Position numbers and translations under genes: made by a program. From NCBI GenBank assembly GCA_031367385.1, contig JANLPS010000400.1, positions 1-37,308 on the forward strand: DNA of 37,308 nucleotides, given 5' to 3'. The DNA comes from Archangium sp. GTDB taxonomy: Bacteria > Myxococcota > Myxococcia > Myxococcales > Myxococcaceae. Position 1 is the first letter of the stretch; every line of letters starts with the position of its first letter. Of the stretch, positions 24,815 through 33,287 are shown piece by piece. The notes under the pieces were generated by a model. That model worked only from the letters and a program-made list of their open reading frames with translations. It had not been told where the DNA came from and did no database searches.

Positions 24815-25210
24815 ATGGCCGATTGGAAGCTGATCCCCGAGAGCAACAAGAAGAAGGCGAACGTCAAGCCAGCCGCGAAGATGACCGACATCAAGACGTA
24901 CTGGGACCGGGAGGACCCGGTGTACCACTCGTTGCTGGTGCGGGTGATCAAGCGCAGTGGCAGCAAACTCTCTTTCGCGATCTGCGACCCGACCACCGGC
25001 GAAGAGACGCTCAAGCGCGGTAAACCGTACGTGGTCGACCTGAGCAACTATCTGAACGTGCTGAGCGACCTGCCATCGACGGCGGCGCTGGCCACCAAGG
25101 CGAGGCCATACGGTCTGCTGTTTCTCACCGACACCTACCTGAAGGCGAATCGCATCAACGCCAGAGATGGCGGCGGCGGTGGCAAGGTGCCGAAGTCGGC
25201 GTCGCTGTAA
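24815..25210 (+). CDS. Hypothetical small basic protein (131 aa)
   Basis: GAGAGG RBS, ATG 24815, G/C-ending codon bias, Lys-rich. No family recognised. Confidence 0.7.
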   Translation: MADWKLIPESNKKKANVKPAAKMTDIKTYWDREDPVYHSLLVRVIKRSGSKLSFAICDPTTGEETLKRGKPYVVDLSNYLNVLSDLPSTAALATKARPYGLLFLTDTYLKANRINARDGGGGGKVPKSASL

Positions 25211-25215
25211 GAAAG

Positions 25216-25263
25216 ACGAAGAGGGCTCGGCCTCGTTGAAGAGTGCCGAGCCCAGGTCTTCGT
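25216..25263. terminator. Extended hairpin between convergent genes (probable bidirectional terminator)
   Basis: GGGCTCGGC/GCCGAGCCC 9-bp inner stem flanked by ACGAAGA/TCTTCGT. Confidence 0.55.
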
Positions 25264-25279
25264 GGTCTTGCTCGATTTT

Positions 25280-26650
25280 CTAGCGCTGCTGCCTTCGGCG
25301 ACTCAGCGCGAACGCCATCGCGGCGAGCGCTCCCCACAGCGCCATCGTCGGCCCCGGCACCACCGCGCACCCCATCACCCGGTTGGTGTCAGGAGCCGCT
25401 TGCAGCTTGAGCTGCGAGACCGATTGCGTCGAATCAGGGTAGAGCCGATCGGGGGTGGTCAGCGTGGCCTGCAGCTGGAGCGAGTACTCACCATCGACGT
25501 CGGCGGTGAAGGTGGGCGCGGGCACGTCTTGCGAGCGGTACTCCCAGCGCACGGCGGCGACGGCGGTGCCGATTGGGTGTGCGACCGCGGCCGCCGAGCC
25601 GGAGGGGCGAACCGACACCGTCCACCGGTAGGTGAGCGTGGCGCCTTCGCGGTTGGCGAACATCGGCAAGTTGAGCTTCTGGCCGGCCTTCAGCTCGAGC
25701 CTGCCGCCCGACGCCACCCGAAACGGGCCCGCGGGGTCGAGGCAGTCGCCTTTGTTGTTCACGTCGGTGACGACGCAGAACTTCGCGTCGCAGCCATCGC
25801 CCACGCCGTCTCCGTCGCTGTCGAGCTGCCCACGGTTCATGTGGGTCGCGCAGTTGTCGGCCCGGTTGATGATGCCGTCGTTGTCGATGTCGGTGTCACA
25901 GGCATCTCCGACGCCGTCGTGGTCGGTGTCGAGCTGGGTCGGGTTCGCGAGGCCCACGCAGTTGTCGAACGCGTCAGAGAGGCCGTCGCTGTCGGCGTCG
26001 ACGTTGCAGCGGGTGTCGCTCAGCAGCTCATTGGGGGTGTGGGCGAGGGTCGGGCAAAAGTCGACGGTGTCGAGAAACCCGTCGCCGTCATCGTCGGTAT
26101 CGCAGACATCGCCGTGCCCATCGCCGTCGAGGTCGGCCTGCGTCGTGTTGGGCACGCTGGGGCAATTGTCGGCCGCGTTGAGGGTGAGGTCTCCGTCGAC
26201 GTCGTCGTCGCAGAGGTCTCCCTTGCCGTCGCCGTCGGTGTCGAACTGGGCGAAGTTCGAGGCCGCGCCGCAGTTGTCGCACTGGTCGCCGACCGCGTCA
26301 CCGTCGCCATCGAGCTGGTCACGGTTGCCCACGAAGGGGCAGTTGTCTTTGTCGTCGCTGATGCCGTCTGAGTCAGCGTCGTCGGTGTACGAGAGCGTCA
26401 CGCCGTCGTCGGTGTAGTTGACCCACACCGAGCAGCCACCGCCGGTGCAGACCCCGTTGGTGCACGCGCCGCCGCCCCCCCCGCCCTCCTCTTTCGGAGC
26501 CCCGCACGCCGACCCCAGGCACTCCGGGTTGTCTCCACCGTCGGCCCAGGCCGCGCCCGCCACCAACACTGCTGCCACCATTGCCCAAGTCACGCGCATA
26601 CGCTGCCACCTTGTCTTTTGCCGAGCGCCCAATGCGCTGCGATCAGTCAC
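25280..26650 (-). CDS. mtsC: Thrombospondin type-3 repeat, MYXO-CTERM surface protein (MtsC-like)
   Basis: Signal peptide, DNPECLGSACGAPKEEGGG...CSVWVNYTDDG N-terminus as I recall for MtsC, ~6 DNCP/DxDxDGxGDxCD Ca-binding repeats, PKD/Ig-like domain, C-terminal GCAVV-hydrophobic-RRR sorting signal. Start GTG 26650 or ATG 26599. Confidence 0.8.
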   Translation of the reverse strand: MTDRSALGARQKTRWQRMRVTWAMVAAVLVAGAAWADGGDNPECLGSACGAPKEEGGGGGGACTNGVCTGGGCSVWVNYTDDGVTLSYTDDADSDGISDDKDNCPFVGNRDQLDGDGDAVGDQCDNCGAASNFAQFDTDGDGKGDLCDDDVDGDLTLNAADNCPSVPNTTQADLDGDGHGDVCDTDDDGDGFLDTVDFCPTLAHTPNELLSDTRCNVDADSDGLSDAFDNCVGLANPTQLDTDHDGVGDACDTDIDNDGIINRADNCATHMNRGQLDSDGDGVGDGCDAKFCVVTDVNNKGDCLDPAGPFRVASGGRLELKAGQKLNLPMFANREGATLTYRWTVSVRPSGSAAAVAHPIGTAVAAVRWEYRSQDVPAPTFTADVDGEYSLQLQATLTTPDRLYPDSTQSVSQLKLQAAPDTNRVMGCAVVPGPTMALWGALAAMAFALSRRRQQR

Positions 26651-26657
26651 CCCCTGG

Positions 26658-26684
26658 TTTCCTCGCGGGGGTCAGAGCCTTCCC
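26658..26684 (-). promoter_or_regulatory. Candidate ECF promoter GGGAAGG-N15-GGAAA upstream of the mtsC-like gene
   Basis: Minus strand GGGAAGG-ctctgacccccgcga-GGAAA. Boxes and spacing are identical to those at 29205-29231. Confidence 0.55.
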
Positions 26685-26723
26685 CACCGTTGGCGAAAAA
26701 AATGTGCGAGAAATGCGAAACGT

Positions 26724-28112
26724 ATGAGCCAGCGCCGAGGTGTTCGAGGGTTGGCTGAGCTGTGCGCGTGGGCGGCGCTGCTCGCGGCGAGCTCTGCCGC
26801 CGCGCAATACGGCACTGGGCGCGATGGCGCGCTGGTCGTCACCTCGCACACGACCATCAACGAGAGCGCGGTGTTGACCGCGAACGCGGCGGCCGGTGAA
26901 TTCACCCTCAGCGTCACCGGCACCGGTTCTTTCGCGCCGGGGGCTTCGGTGCTGGTGGTTCAAATGCAGTGGGTCACCGCGGGAGACCGGCCCGATGTCG
27001 GCGCCTTCGAAGTGCACCGCTTGACTCGGGTCAGCGGTGCGCAGCTCGAGCTCGAAGACCCGCTTCGACGCGCTTTTTCAGGCGGGGTGACGCAGGTCGT
27101 GACGCTGCCCGAGTACACCACCGTCAATGTGGCGCCAGACGCAGGCCTCTTTGCCCAGCCGTGGACGGGTCGGGGCGGCGTGCTGGCGTTCTTGGCGAGC
27201 GAGTCGTTGGTGAACGACGGCGTGCTCGATGCGCGCGGCGCGGGCTTTCGCGGAGGCACCGGCCGCTCGTCGGTCGATGAGCGCGGCGGCTGCGCCCGGC
27301 TCGATGAACCGGTGCCCGGCGGGTCTGAACGCGGAGAAGGCGCTCAGCTCGGTGGCTTCGGCCCCGTCTTCACCGGCCGCGGAGAGAACGACACCGGCGG
27401 CGGCGGCGGGGTCTGCGCGTTCTCGGGTGGCGGCGGCGGTGCGCATCGCGGCGAGGGCGGCATGGGCGGCTTCGCGGCCGACTCCACGGCGACCGGCGGC
27501 CAGGGCGGGCTCGCGCTGCTCGGCAGTGGGTTGGTGATGGGCGGAGGCGGCGGCGCCGCGAACGGCCTCAACGGCAACCCACGCAATGGGGGCAACGGCG
27601 GCGGCATCATCTTCATCGCCGCACGCGAGCTGTCGGGCCGCGGCGTCATCACCAGCGACGGCAGCCCCGGCGGCGGCGTGACTGAAAAACAAGGCGCCGG
27701 CAGCGGCGGCGGCGCGGGAGGCACGGTCTGGCTCGAGGTGGCCAGCACGGCCATCTGCCAGCTCTCGGCGCTGGGAGGCTTCGGCGGCTCGAGCCTGATG
27801 ACCGGCCCCGGAGGTGGCGGGGGCGGCGGGTTGATTCGTCTGCAGGCGCAGGTGGTCACGTACTGCACCACGGTGGTTTCGGCGGGCGCACCCGGGTTGG
27901 CCAACGGGCAGCCCTTCGGGGCCGGGCCAATCGACACTGACAGCGCTCCCAACCTGGGCACGGTGAGCGTGACCGACGTGTACACCGAGCCGACGCCGCT
28001 GCCCAAAGACAAGGTCTCGGCGCTGTTGGGCATCGGGTGCGGGTGCAGCTCGTCGGGTGAGCTGACCGTGCTGGCGATGCTCGTGTTCGGTCTGCTTCGG
28101 AGGCGGCGATGA
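26724..28112 (+). CDS. Gly-rich MYXO-CTERM surface protein (AgmC N-terminal/adhesin-like domain)
   Basis: Signal peptide ending AAA-Q, YGTGRDGALVV, GGVLAFLA, GAGFRGG, many GGGGG runs, C-terminal GCGCSS-hydrophobic-RRRR. ATG 26724. Confidence 0.78.
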   Translation: MSQRRGVRGLAELCAWAALLAASSAAAQYGTGRDGALVVTSHTTINESAVLTANAAAGEFTLSVTGTGSFAPGASVLVVQMQWVTAGDRPDVGAFEVHRLTRVSGAQLELEDPLRRAFSGGVTQVVTLPEYTTVNVAPDAGLFAQPWTGRGGVLAFLASESLVNDGVLDARGAGFRGGTGRSSVDERGGCARLDEPVPGGSERGEGAQLGGFGPVFTGRGENDTGGGGGVCAFSGGGGGAHRGEGGMGGFAADSTATGGQGGLALLGSGLVMGGGGGAANGLNGNPRNGGNGGGIIFIAARELSGRGVITSDGSPGGGVTEKQGAGSGGGAGGTVWLEVASTAICQLSALGGFGGSSLMTGPGGGGGGGLIRLQAQVVTYCTTVVSAGAPGLANGQPFGAGPIDTDSAPNLGTVSVTDVYTEPTPLPKDKVSALLGIGCGCSSSGELTVLAMLVFGLLRRRR

Positions 28113-29218
28113 TCGCCCTGAGCGTCGCGCTGTTGCTCACCACCGCCGCCGGCCCCAAAGGCATGGTGAACGCGACCCCGCCACCGGTGCTGGTGATGGT
28201 TCGCACGCCGGGCAACGCGGCGTTCGAGAAGTCACAGCAGCGTTTGCACGAAGAGCTGACCCTGCTGCTCGACTCGTTCATCGTGATTCTCACCTCGGTC
28301 GAGGTCAGAGACTTCGCGCGCAAGGCGCTGGCTGATCAGATAGCCGTGGTGCTCCCGCTGGCGAAGAGCAACGATGCGGTGGCGGTGGTGTGGCTCGCCG
28401 AGCCGCTGCCGGGGCAGATGATGCTGCACCTGGTGGCCCGCGGCACCGGCCGAACCCTGGTGCGCACGCTCGAGTTCGACCGCAAGAGCCAATCTGAAAA
28501 TGTGCTGGCGCTGATGCTGCGCGAGCTGCTCGGCACCGCCTTCTTGTACGAGCCGGTGCGAACCGTGCCCGAGCCCGTGCGCAATGTTGTGTCGGCGGTG
28601 CGTCGCACCATGCCCGCGATGGAGGAGCTCACCCCGCCCCCGCCCGCGACGATCATCGTTCGACCGCCCGCGCCCGAGGTGTTGGTGCGCACCTGCCGCT
28701 GGTGCCTGCGCCTCGCCGGTGGAGCGCTGCTCGAGTCGGGCTTGAGCGACGCGGTGGGCCCGACCGCCCGCTACGGCGCCTCGCTCAACGCCAGCGTGAT
28801 GCTCGATCGCTTCGACCTGGGCCTCGCCGTCGACCTGCTCGGGTTCAGCAGCAAGGTCTCGACCTTTCACCTCACCTCGACCTCGCTGCCGTTGATGGCC
28901 ACCGGCGGGTGGCGGCTGATTCGAACCCGGCTGCTCGCGGCCGGCCCGGTGGTGGGTCTGGGTATGGAGCTGTCGTGGACTTCGGCTGTTCCAACCACCG
29001 CGACGCCGACCATTTCGTTGTTCACCGCGGGGCCGATCGCGATGGCCGGGTTCGAGCTCTCGGTCACCTTGGGAGAGTTCTCGCTCTGGTCTCGCGTGGA
29101 TTTCTTCTTTCGCACCAGAAGGCCGCAACTCATCGAAATCACTGACAACGACCCGCAATGGAAGCTGAGCTCCTCGACCCTGAGGGTGTCGCTGGGCCTG
29201 GCGTGGGAAGGGTTGTGA
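28109..29218 (+). CDS. Hypothetical exported protein with probable C-terminal beta-barrel
   Basis: ATGA overlap with the upstream stop, short signal peptide, Pro-rich linker, C-terminal amphipathic beta-strands ending LRVSLGLAWEGL. Confidence 0.7.
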   Translation: MIALSVALLLTTAAGPKGMVNATPPPVLVMVRTPGNAAFEKSQQRLHEELTLLLDSFIVILTSVEVRDFARKALADQIAVVLPLAKSNDAVAVVWLAEPLPGQMMLHLVARGTGRTLVRTLEFDRKSQSENVLALMLRELLGTAFLYEPVRTVPEPVRNVVSAVRRTMPAMEELTPPPPATIIVRPPAPEVLVRTCRWCLRLAGGALLESGLSDAVGPTARYGASLNASVMLDRFDLGLAVDLLGFSSKVSTFHLTSTSLPLMATGGWRLIRTRLLAAGPVVGLGMELSWTSAVPTTATPTISLFTAGPIAMAGFELSVTLGEFSLWSRVDFFFRTRRPQLIEITDNDPQWKLSSSTLRVSLGLAWEGL

Positions 29219-29231
29219 GCCCCGACGGAAA
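29205..29231 (+). promoter_or_regulatory. Candidate autoregulatory ECF promoter GGGAAGG-N15-GGAAA
   Basis: GGGAAGG-gttgtgagccccgac-GGAAA, ending 16 nt before the sigma start and overlapping the end of the preceding gene. Confidence 0.55.
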
Positions 29232-29247
29232 GACTCCTCACACTTCA

Positions 29248-29802
29248 GTGAGCGACGACGATGACCAGTGTGTGCGGCGAATGGCGGCGGGCGACGCAAA
29301 GGCCCTGGGGCCCTTGTACGAGCGGCATCGAGGAGTGGTGATGAGTGTGTTGCGCCAACATCTGCGGTCTCAAAGCGAGGCAGACGACGAGTGTCAGAAC
29401 GTCTTTCTGGCGCTGCGTGACATGGCGGCGCGAATTCGGCCGGGCTCGAGTGTGCGGGGGCTGTTGGTGGGCATCGCGGTGCGCAAAGCGAAGAAGTTCT
29501 CGGCGGTCTCGTGGGTGCGGCGAAATTTGATCGAGCGGCACGTCTCGCGTGAAAACGAGACCGTTGGAGGCCACCGCCGGGTCGACGCGGCCCGTGATGC
29601 GCAGCGCATGCTCAGCACGCTGCCCGAAGATTGGAGAACCGTCGTGATTCTCAACCTCGTCGAAGGGTGGACGGCCGAAGAGATCGCCGCCTCGATGGGG
29701 ATTTCGCCGAACACCGTGTTCACCCGGCTCTTTCGCGCGCGGCAGCAGATTCGGGCGCAGTGGCCCGACGACGCCGACGAGCTGATCGGGAGCCCCACGT
29801 GA
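29248..29802 (+). CDS. ECF-type RNA polymerase sigma-70 factor
   Basis: GDAKALGPLYERH, EADDECQNVFL, region 4 LPEDWRTVVIL...EGWTAEEIAASMGISPNTVFTRLFRAR. GTG 29248. Confidence 0.9.
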   Translation: MSDDDDQCVRRMAAGDAKALGPLYERHRGVVMSVLRQHLRSQSEADDECQNVFLALRDMAARIRPGSSVRGLLVGIAVRKAKKFSAVSWVRRNLIERHVSRENETVGGHRRVDAARDAQRMLSTLPEDWRTVVILNLVEGWTAEEIAASMGISPNTVFTRLFRARQQIRAQWPDDADELIGSPT

Positions 29803-31136
29803 GCGCGCCTGACTTTCACGCCCAACGCGAGCTGTACCTGGCGGGCGGCCTGCAGGGTGAGCAGCGCACGGCCTTCGAGGCCCACGCGAGAGACTGCGCG
29901 GAGTGTACCCGCGATATCTCGAGCTGGCGCTCGTTCGGGTCGGTGTTGAAGAACCAGCTGCAGCCGCTGCGCCGGGCTCCGACGAGCACCGAGGTGGCGC
30001 ACCTGATTGCATTGGCTGAAGAGCCACGCTCGATGACGGTGCGCTGGGTGGTACCGGCGTTCGCGATGGCGGCAGTGCTGGTGGTGGCGGTGGTGGTGGG
30101 CGTGGTGCTCAAGCGCGGCCCCGCAGAGACGCCGTGGGTCGCGACGGTGGTGGCATCGAGTGGGTTTACCGCTTCGGGCCCGGCTGACTTCGCGACCGGT
30201 GCCGGTGGGCACGCCCTGGTTCGGTTGGGCGAAGACGACGTCGGCCTGGGCGCGGCGACCGCGTTGACCGTGAGCCATGCGTCGAGCACCAGCACGGTAC
30301 TGCGGTTGGGCCACGGCGTGGTGGCGGCCCACGTGAACCCGGCGCGCGGCAAACGCAACTTCGACATCGAGACTCCGATGGGCCGGGTGCACGTGGTGGG
30401 CACGATTTTTCGGGTCTCGGCCAGCGACGAGTCGCTCGAGGTCGACGTGGTGCGCGGCGTGGTCGAGGTCGAGCGAAAGGGCGTGAAGACCCGGGTGCCC
30501 GCGGGCCAGGCGCTGCGCGTGACCCGTGACGCCGAGGGTGCGCTGGCGCCGTTCGAGGCCGAAGCGTTCAGCGAGCTGTCGGCCCAGCCGCCTGCGGTGG
30601 TGGTGGCGCCGGTGGTACCTGAGGTGACCGAGGCCGACGCGGGGGTGGTGGCGGTGGCGGTGCCGGCGAAGCGCGGGGCTCCAGTGGCGGCGTGGCGGTC
30701 GGCGGCGGCGCGGGGCGAGTGCGCGAGCGTGATTGCGGCAGCCGAGCGCTATGTGAAGGGTGACGCGGGCGATGCTGACGCGTGGTTGATCTTGGGTGAT
30801 TGCCGGCGGCGTCAGCGGGAGTTTGCGCCAGCGGTGACGGCGTACCTGGCGGCGGCGAAGACCCGTGAGCCCCAGGGCAAACAGGGGTTGCTACAGGCCG
30901 CTGAGCTGTTGCAGCAAGAGCTCAAGCAGCCGCAGCAGGCCGTGGTGGTCATCGATTCGTATCTGCGCACCAAGCCAGAGCGCAGGCTCGAGGCGGCGGC
31001 GCTGGTTCGCAAGGCGCGGGCGTTGGTGGAGTTGGGCAAGAAGGCCGAGGCGAAGGCCGTGCTCAGCGATGCGGTGAAGCGGTTGCCGGAGACTCCGTCG
31101 GCGGCTGAAGCGAATCGGTTGCTCGAGAATTTGTAG
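29799..31136 (+). CDS. Anti-sigma factor: zf-HC2 (ZAS) - TM - FecR domain - TPR repeats
   Basis: GTGA overlap with the sigma stop, HARDCAEC zinc motif, TM segment, FecR motif FDIETPMGRVHVVGTIFRV...VDVVRGVVEV, C-terminal TPR helices. Confidence 0.88.
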   Translation: MSAPDFHAQRELYLAGGLQGEQRTAFEAHARDCAECTRDISSWRSFGSVLKNQLQPLRRAPTSTEVAHLIALAEEPRSMTVRWVVPAFAMAAVLVVAVVVGVVLKRGPAETPWVATVVASSGFTASGPADFATGAGGHALVRLGEDDVGLGAATALTVSHASSTSTVLRLGHGVVAAHVNPARGKRNFDIETPMGRVHVVGTIFRVSASDESLEVDVVRGVVEVERKGVKTRVPAGQALRVTRDAEGALAPFEAEAFSELSAQPPAVVVAPVVPEVTEADAGVVAVAVPAKRGAPVAAWRSAAARGECASVIAAAERYVKGDAGDADAWLILGDCRRRQREFAPAVTAYLAAAKTREPQGKQGLLQAAELLQQELKQPQQAVVVIDSYLRTKPERRLEAAALVRKARALVELGKKAEAKAVLSDAVKRLPETPSAAEANRLLENL

Positions 31137-31346
31137 AGCGCAGTTCGCTGGGAGTGGAATTCGTTCGTGGGGTTTTTGCCCACGCGCACCGGCCTCCCGC
31201 TCGAGCGCCGACGCCACCTGCAGTGCTCAAGTGGTGTGCACGAGGGGCATTCGCAGTGCGTCACCACGCATCGAAAAGCGCCGAAACAATTGCGAGCGTC
31301 GAGCGGGCAGCGGTTTGCATTGGCCCTGGTCGCGAGGTGGCTCCCG

Positions 31347-32132
31347 ATGCAACAGGCGATCATCAGCAGTCTCTACCGGTTCGGTTCTTCACCCCTGCCC
31401 GCCCCCGATGGCCAGTCGATGTCGCTCGAAGCGCTCCAGCGACGGGCTGATCAGCTGATCGCGACGCATCAGGTCAGCGGAGGCCGCATGTACGACCTGT
31501 GCCGCCTGGGGCGTGAGCTGCTCAACCTGCTGTTGGCCGAACGACCGTCACCTATCTGCGCCGCGCTGATCATTCACCGCGTGTTCACGCCGATACCGAT
31601 CGGCGACCGGGCGACGCTGGCGCTGTACGTCACCAACGCGCTGCGCAGTGACCGGCTCTCGAAGCTGGCGTCGGGAGCGCTGTTCACCCTTCGGGGCGCC
31701 CTCGCCTTCGAAGACCCGGAGGCCACCGCTGAGGCCGTGCGGCGGCTCGACGAAGAGCTAGGGCACCGAACGCACCTCTCGCCGACGGGGCTCTTCGTCG
31801 CGAATCGCGTGACCGCGCCCCTGATGCAGGCCGCCCTCGAGCAGGTGACGCTCTCGCAGCGTTCGGCCCCGAAGCACCTGGTCATCTTGGTGCCGCTTGA
31901 AGAAGAGGGTACCCCGCTCGAAGTGATGCGTGAGCACCTGCGCCTGGTGCTGCGGTACGCGGCAGACCTCGACGACGGCAATCTCTTGTACCGGAGCGCG
32001 GTGAGCCTGTTGCAGACGCGACGCTTGAGCGCCAGGCCCTCCGCCCTCACGATGGCGCTGATGCCGTTACGGGCGCTCGCGAGGTGGGTGTGGCCGCCGC
32101 TCCCGATCGTCGCCCCCAGAATTCGGGTCTGA
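31347..32132 (+). CDS. Hypothetical protein
   Basis: GAGGTGG RBS, ATG 31347, 261 aa, Leu/Ala-rich. Fills the gap to a convergent gene. No family recognised. Confidence 0.6.
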   Translation: MQQAIISSLYRFGSSPLPAPDGQSMSLEALQRRADQLIATHQVSGGRMYDLCRLGRELLNLLLAERPSPICAALIIHRVFTPIPIGDRATLALYVTNALRSDRLSKLASGALFTLRGALAFEDPEATAEAVRRLDEELGHRTHLSPTGLFVANRVTAPLMQAALEQVTLSQRSAPKHLVILVPLEEEGTPLEVMREHLRLVLRYAADLDDGNLLYRSAVSLLQTRRLSARPSALTMALMPLRALARWVWPPLPIVAPRIRV

Positions 32133-32141
32133 GGCGCTCGC

Positions 32142-33278
32142 TCACGACTTCGGCGCAGCCCGAGGGAAGGTGGCGCGAAAGGCCGTGCCCTGTTCGAGGG
32201 TCGAGATCACGCTCACCTGCCCGCCCTGCGCCCTGGCGATTTCCCTCACGATGAAGAGCCCCAACCCGACGCTTCGCCCCGAGCTGGTGGCGCCAGTGCC
32301 GCGGGTCATCGGCTCGAAGAGCGTGGCCTTGATCTCTTCAGGTATGGGCGGGCCCTGGTTCTGCACCTCGACCGAGAACGTGTCAGCGCCCACTTCGGAG
32401 GTGACCAGCACCGGCGTGTCGTGGCTCCCGTAGGTCATCGCATTCGAGACCAGGTTGCCGACGAGCTGGGTCAGCCGGTTGCCGTCGGCTACGCAGCGCC
32501 CGTCACCCACGCGAAAGTGCTCGAGCCGCCGGCCCGGGTAGATAAAAATCAGCTCGTTCACGCTCTCGGCGATCACCTCGTGCAGGTCGAGCTCACCGGT
32601 CGTCACCGAGAGCCCTTGGCCGAGCCTGGCCTGAGTGAAGTCGAGCAGATCGAAGATGAGCCACTTGGCCCGGTCGATGGCGCGGTTGATTCGCTCGACG
32701 CTGCGTTGCTGACTGACCGAGAGCTCGCCTCGCTGAATCATCGAAGCGGAGTTGGCGATCGCGGCGAGCGGGTTGCGCAGGTCATGGCTGACGATGCCCA
32801 CCATCTGCTCGGCGAAGAGCGCGCGGTCTTTCGCGTTGGCGTGAAGCTTGGCGGTCTCTTGAACCAACTCCTCGAGCCGCTTGCGTGAGAGCACCAGCTC
32901 CTTTTCGTACTTGTCCCGATCCCACGCGACGAAGGCGGCGATTTCGATGACCACCCGGCCCTCAGCGTCATGCCGAATCGCGTTGAGCACCATGGGAATG
33001 CGGGTCTTGTCTCGGTGCACGAACTCGAGCTTCACCTCTGAAATCGAGCCCTGAATCTGCAGTAGCGGCGCCCAGTGGGTCTGGTGAAAAATGCGCCCAC
33101 CCATGGTGAGCAGATCTTGAAAGCGCACCTTGGTGATCAGCGCCTCGCGCGCGTAGCCCACCCACTTGCAGAAGGTCAGGTTGGCCCACAGAATTTCGCC
33201 CGCTTCGGTCGTCTGCACGAGCCCGCACGGCGCGGCGTCGAGCATGCCCGCATTTTCAGCGCTGCGCTCGGTGCCCAC
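32142..33278 (-). CDS. PAS-domain sensor histidine kinase (RsbP-like PAS, HisKA, HATPase)
   Basis: PAS (LDAAPCGL...DLLTMGGRIFHQTHWAPLL), H-box VSHDLRNPL, N-box NLVSNA, F-box LFEP, G2 VGLGLFIV. No TM segment. Confidence 0.92.
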   Translation of the reverse strand: MGTERSAENAGMLDAAPCGLVQTTEAGEILWANLTFCKWVGYAREALITKVRFQDLLTMGGRIFHQTHWAPLLQIQGSISEVKLEFVHRDKTRIPMVLNAIRHDAEGRVVIEIAAFVAWDRDKYEKELVLSRKRLEELVQETAKLHANAKDRALFAEQMVGIVSHDLRNPLAAIANSASMIQRGELSVSQQRSVERINRAIDRAKWLIFDLLDFTQARLGQGLSVTTGELDLHEVIAESVNELIFIYPGRRLEHFRVGDGRCVADGNRLTQLVGNLVSNAMTYGSHDTPVLVTSEVGADTFSVEVQNQGPPIPEEIKATLFEPMTRGTGATSSGRSVGLGLFIVREIARAQGGQVSVISTLEQGTAFRATFPRAAPKS

Positions 33279-33287
33279 GGCAAGGCC

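Noticed and set aside
26418..26723. N-terminal extension of the Gly-rich protein
   Set aside because: Overlaps the mtsC-like gene on the opposite strand. A signal peptide starts at ATG 26724.
29631..29798. N-terminal extension of the FecR protein (and 29158-29247 for the sigma)
   Set aside because: These extensions overlap upstream genes. The GTG starts at 29799 (RBS, GTGA coupling) and 29248 fit the domain boundaries.
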